Shown here one piece after another: positions 23,182 to 64,000 of a stretch of 64,000 nucleotides of DNA. Under the pieces are notes generated by a model. It was not told the DNA's origin. It worked only from the letters and a program-made list of their open reading frames with translations, and did not search any database. The DNA is taken from assembly GCA_030248215.1 (NCBI GenBank), contig JASANG010002792.1, positions 248,001 through 312,000 on the forward strand. The letters are read 5' to 3'. The translations under genes were made by a program, and so were the position numbers. Each line of letters starts with the position of its first letter. Positions within the stretch are counted from its first letter, which is position 1. The DNA comes from Enoplolaimus lenunculus (Eukaryota).

Positions 23182-24426
23182 ATTGCAACAAAAAATTATA
23201 TTTAAAATCATCAAATCAGATATTTATGTATTTGATTTCTAGCAGTTGTTCTTGCTGTCCTGAAAAACAATGGCGTTTGGTACGTTCCAGTTACGTACCT
23301 GTCCTTACAACCAATAGCGATTAGAGCGTCCCAGTTACCAAAAGCTACAAATCGGTGCCCAGGGCACGTCTGAAGACTAGAAACAGCAATGCAGCCCAAA
23401 TTCTGATCAACCCTTCTACTTAGTGTCAAAACATTGATTGGTTAAAGCGCTAAAATTTCGCTTTACATCAATGTTTAAATTTCACGCATTCGTCACTTGC
23501 TGACAGCAAATCAGAAACGTTAATAATAAATAGATCAATATTATATCACAGTAAGCTCACAATACGAACACAATGAACAGTATTGTAATTGATGCGTGAC
23601 CACAAAATACGCAATTCATTAAATGTCTCAATAAAACAACAATAAGAATAATATAACTGAGTCAATGTCAATGAACCTAATCTGGACCTCGATGGTTAAG
23701 GTTTGTTCAAATCTGGGCAACCTATTTAAACCAATTTTTAACTTTTTAATTTCAATCCATATTGCTAATATTGAATTAGAAAAGGTTTCCATTGATTTTA
23801 ATCAACAAGGGCATATTATCAAGAAGAAACCGCTTGTTCATAATAAATGTTTCGCTTTCTGAAAGGTACAACGCTAGAAGGGGAGAAAATAGTTCACGAG
23901 AGAAAATGGGAGGGGGGTTGGGGAGAATTTATTCATGAGAAGATCAACTTTGCGGAACCGAGCGGAATGCATACCCAACACACCGATATCTACAAGATGT
24001 ATGCAAGCTTCAAACTGACAAGATATTCTAGAGATTAACGTGTGCAGCCTCATATTATTTACGCTATCAACAGTATTTTTAATGCACAAAACCATTCATG
24101 CCTTTAAAATAACATTGATACAAACACACGATTACTGAGCCTATGTGATGGGTTAGAAATTACGTTGCTCTGACATAATGGTGTTGACAAGCGAACTGGT
24201 TGTGTGCTGTGTAAAGACAGATTTATTAGGGATCGAAAAATTATACCACATCCATACATACTTTTCGTGTTTATCACCTACAGAATAAAACCTATAATAA
24301 TTATTACACTGTAAAAAGACACGCCTAAGGTTACATGATATATCCTGTATTACACCTCATCTTTTTGTAATCATGCACATGAAATACATACCATTAATGT
24401 TTGTAATGAGAATTTTCACCACACTG

Positions 24427-63784
<39,358 letters not shown>

Positions 63785-64000
63785 CTGCAACGGAAACAAA
63801 AGATCTATAAGCTGTGTCGTTGATATCACAACCACACTGCTTGTACAGCAAAACTAACTACAAGTTAGAAATATGTCGACAACAAAAGCTAGCGTTCGGT
63901 TAACACGAAGAATGTCATTATGAAAAGTGACTTCGTATCAGACCAGTACGTATACAGATTGCGAGCGTCACATAACAAACTCTCATAACGTTACTTGATC

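Overview
AT-rich, intron-dense eukaryotic DNA, most likely from a nematode (inferred from the WDFY3 sequence style, short TTTTAG/TTTCAG acceptors and TTAGGC-like repeats; not certain). Two genes converge. (1) Plus strand, <1..17558: the 3' part of an uncharacterised gene with a matrin/U1-type C2H2 zinc finger, a duplicated short exon and two large low-complexity terminal exons. (2) Minus strand, >63784..24427: WDFY3/ALFY (blue cheese), which I traced by hand as 60 phase-consistent exons. It covers the ConA-like region, PH, BEACH, WD40, a LIR motif and FYVE, and needs two GC-AG introns; its 5' end lies outside the window. Introns and the intergenic region hold many non-autonomous DNA elements: hAT-type MITEs with 8-bp TSDs (some stacked or nested), a piggyBac-type MITE carrying a tRNA-like module, a Merlin-type MITE with telomere-like repeats, Tourist-like MITEs, a Helentron/DINE-1-like family and a tRNA-Thr(GGT)-like repeat, plus several minisatellites. 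I found no CRISPR array, rRNA, intact tRNA gene or intact transposase, and no clearly new multi-gene system. All coordinates were read by eye and may be off by a few bases.
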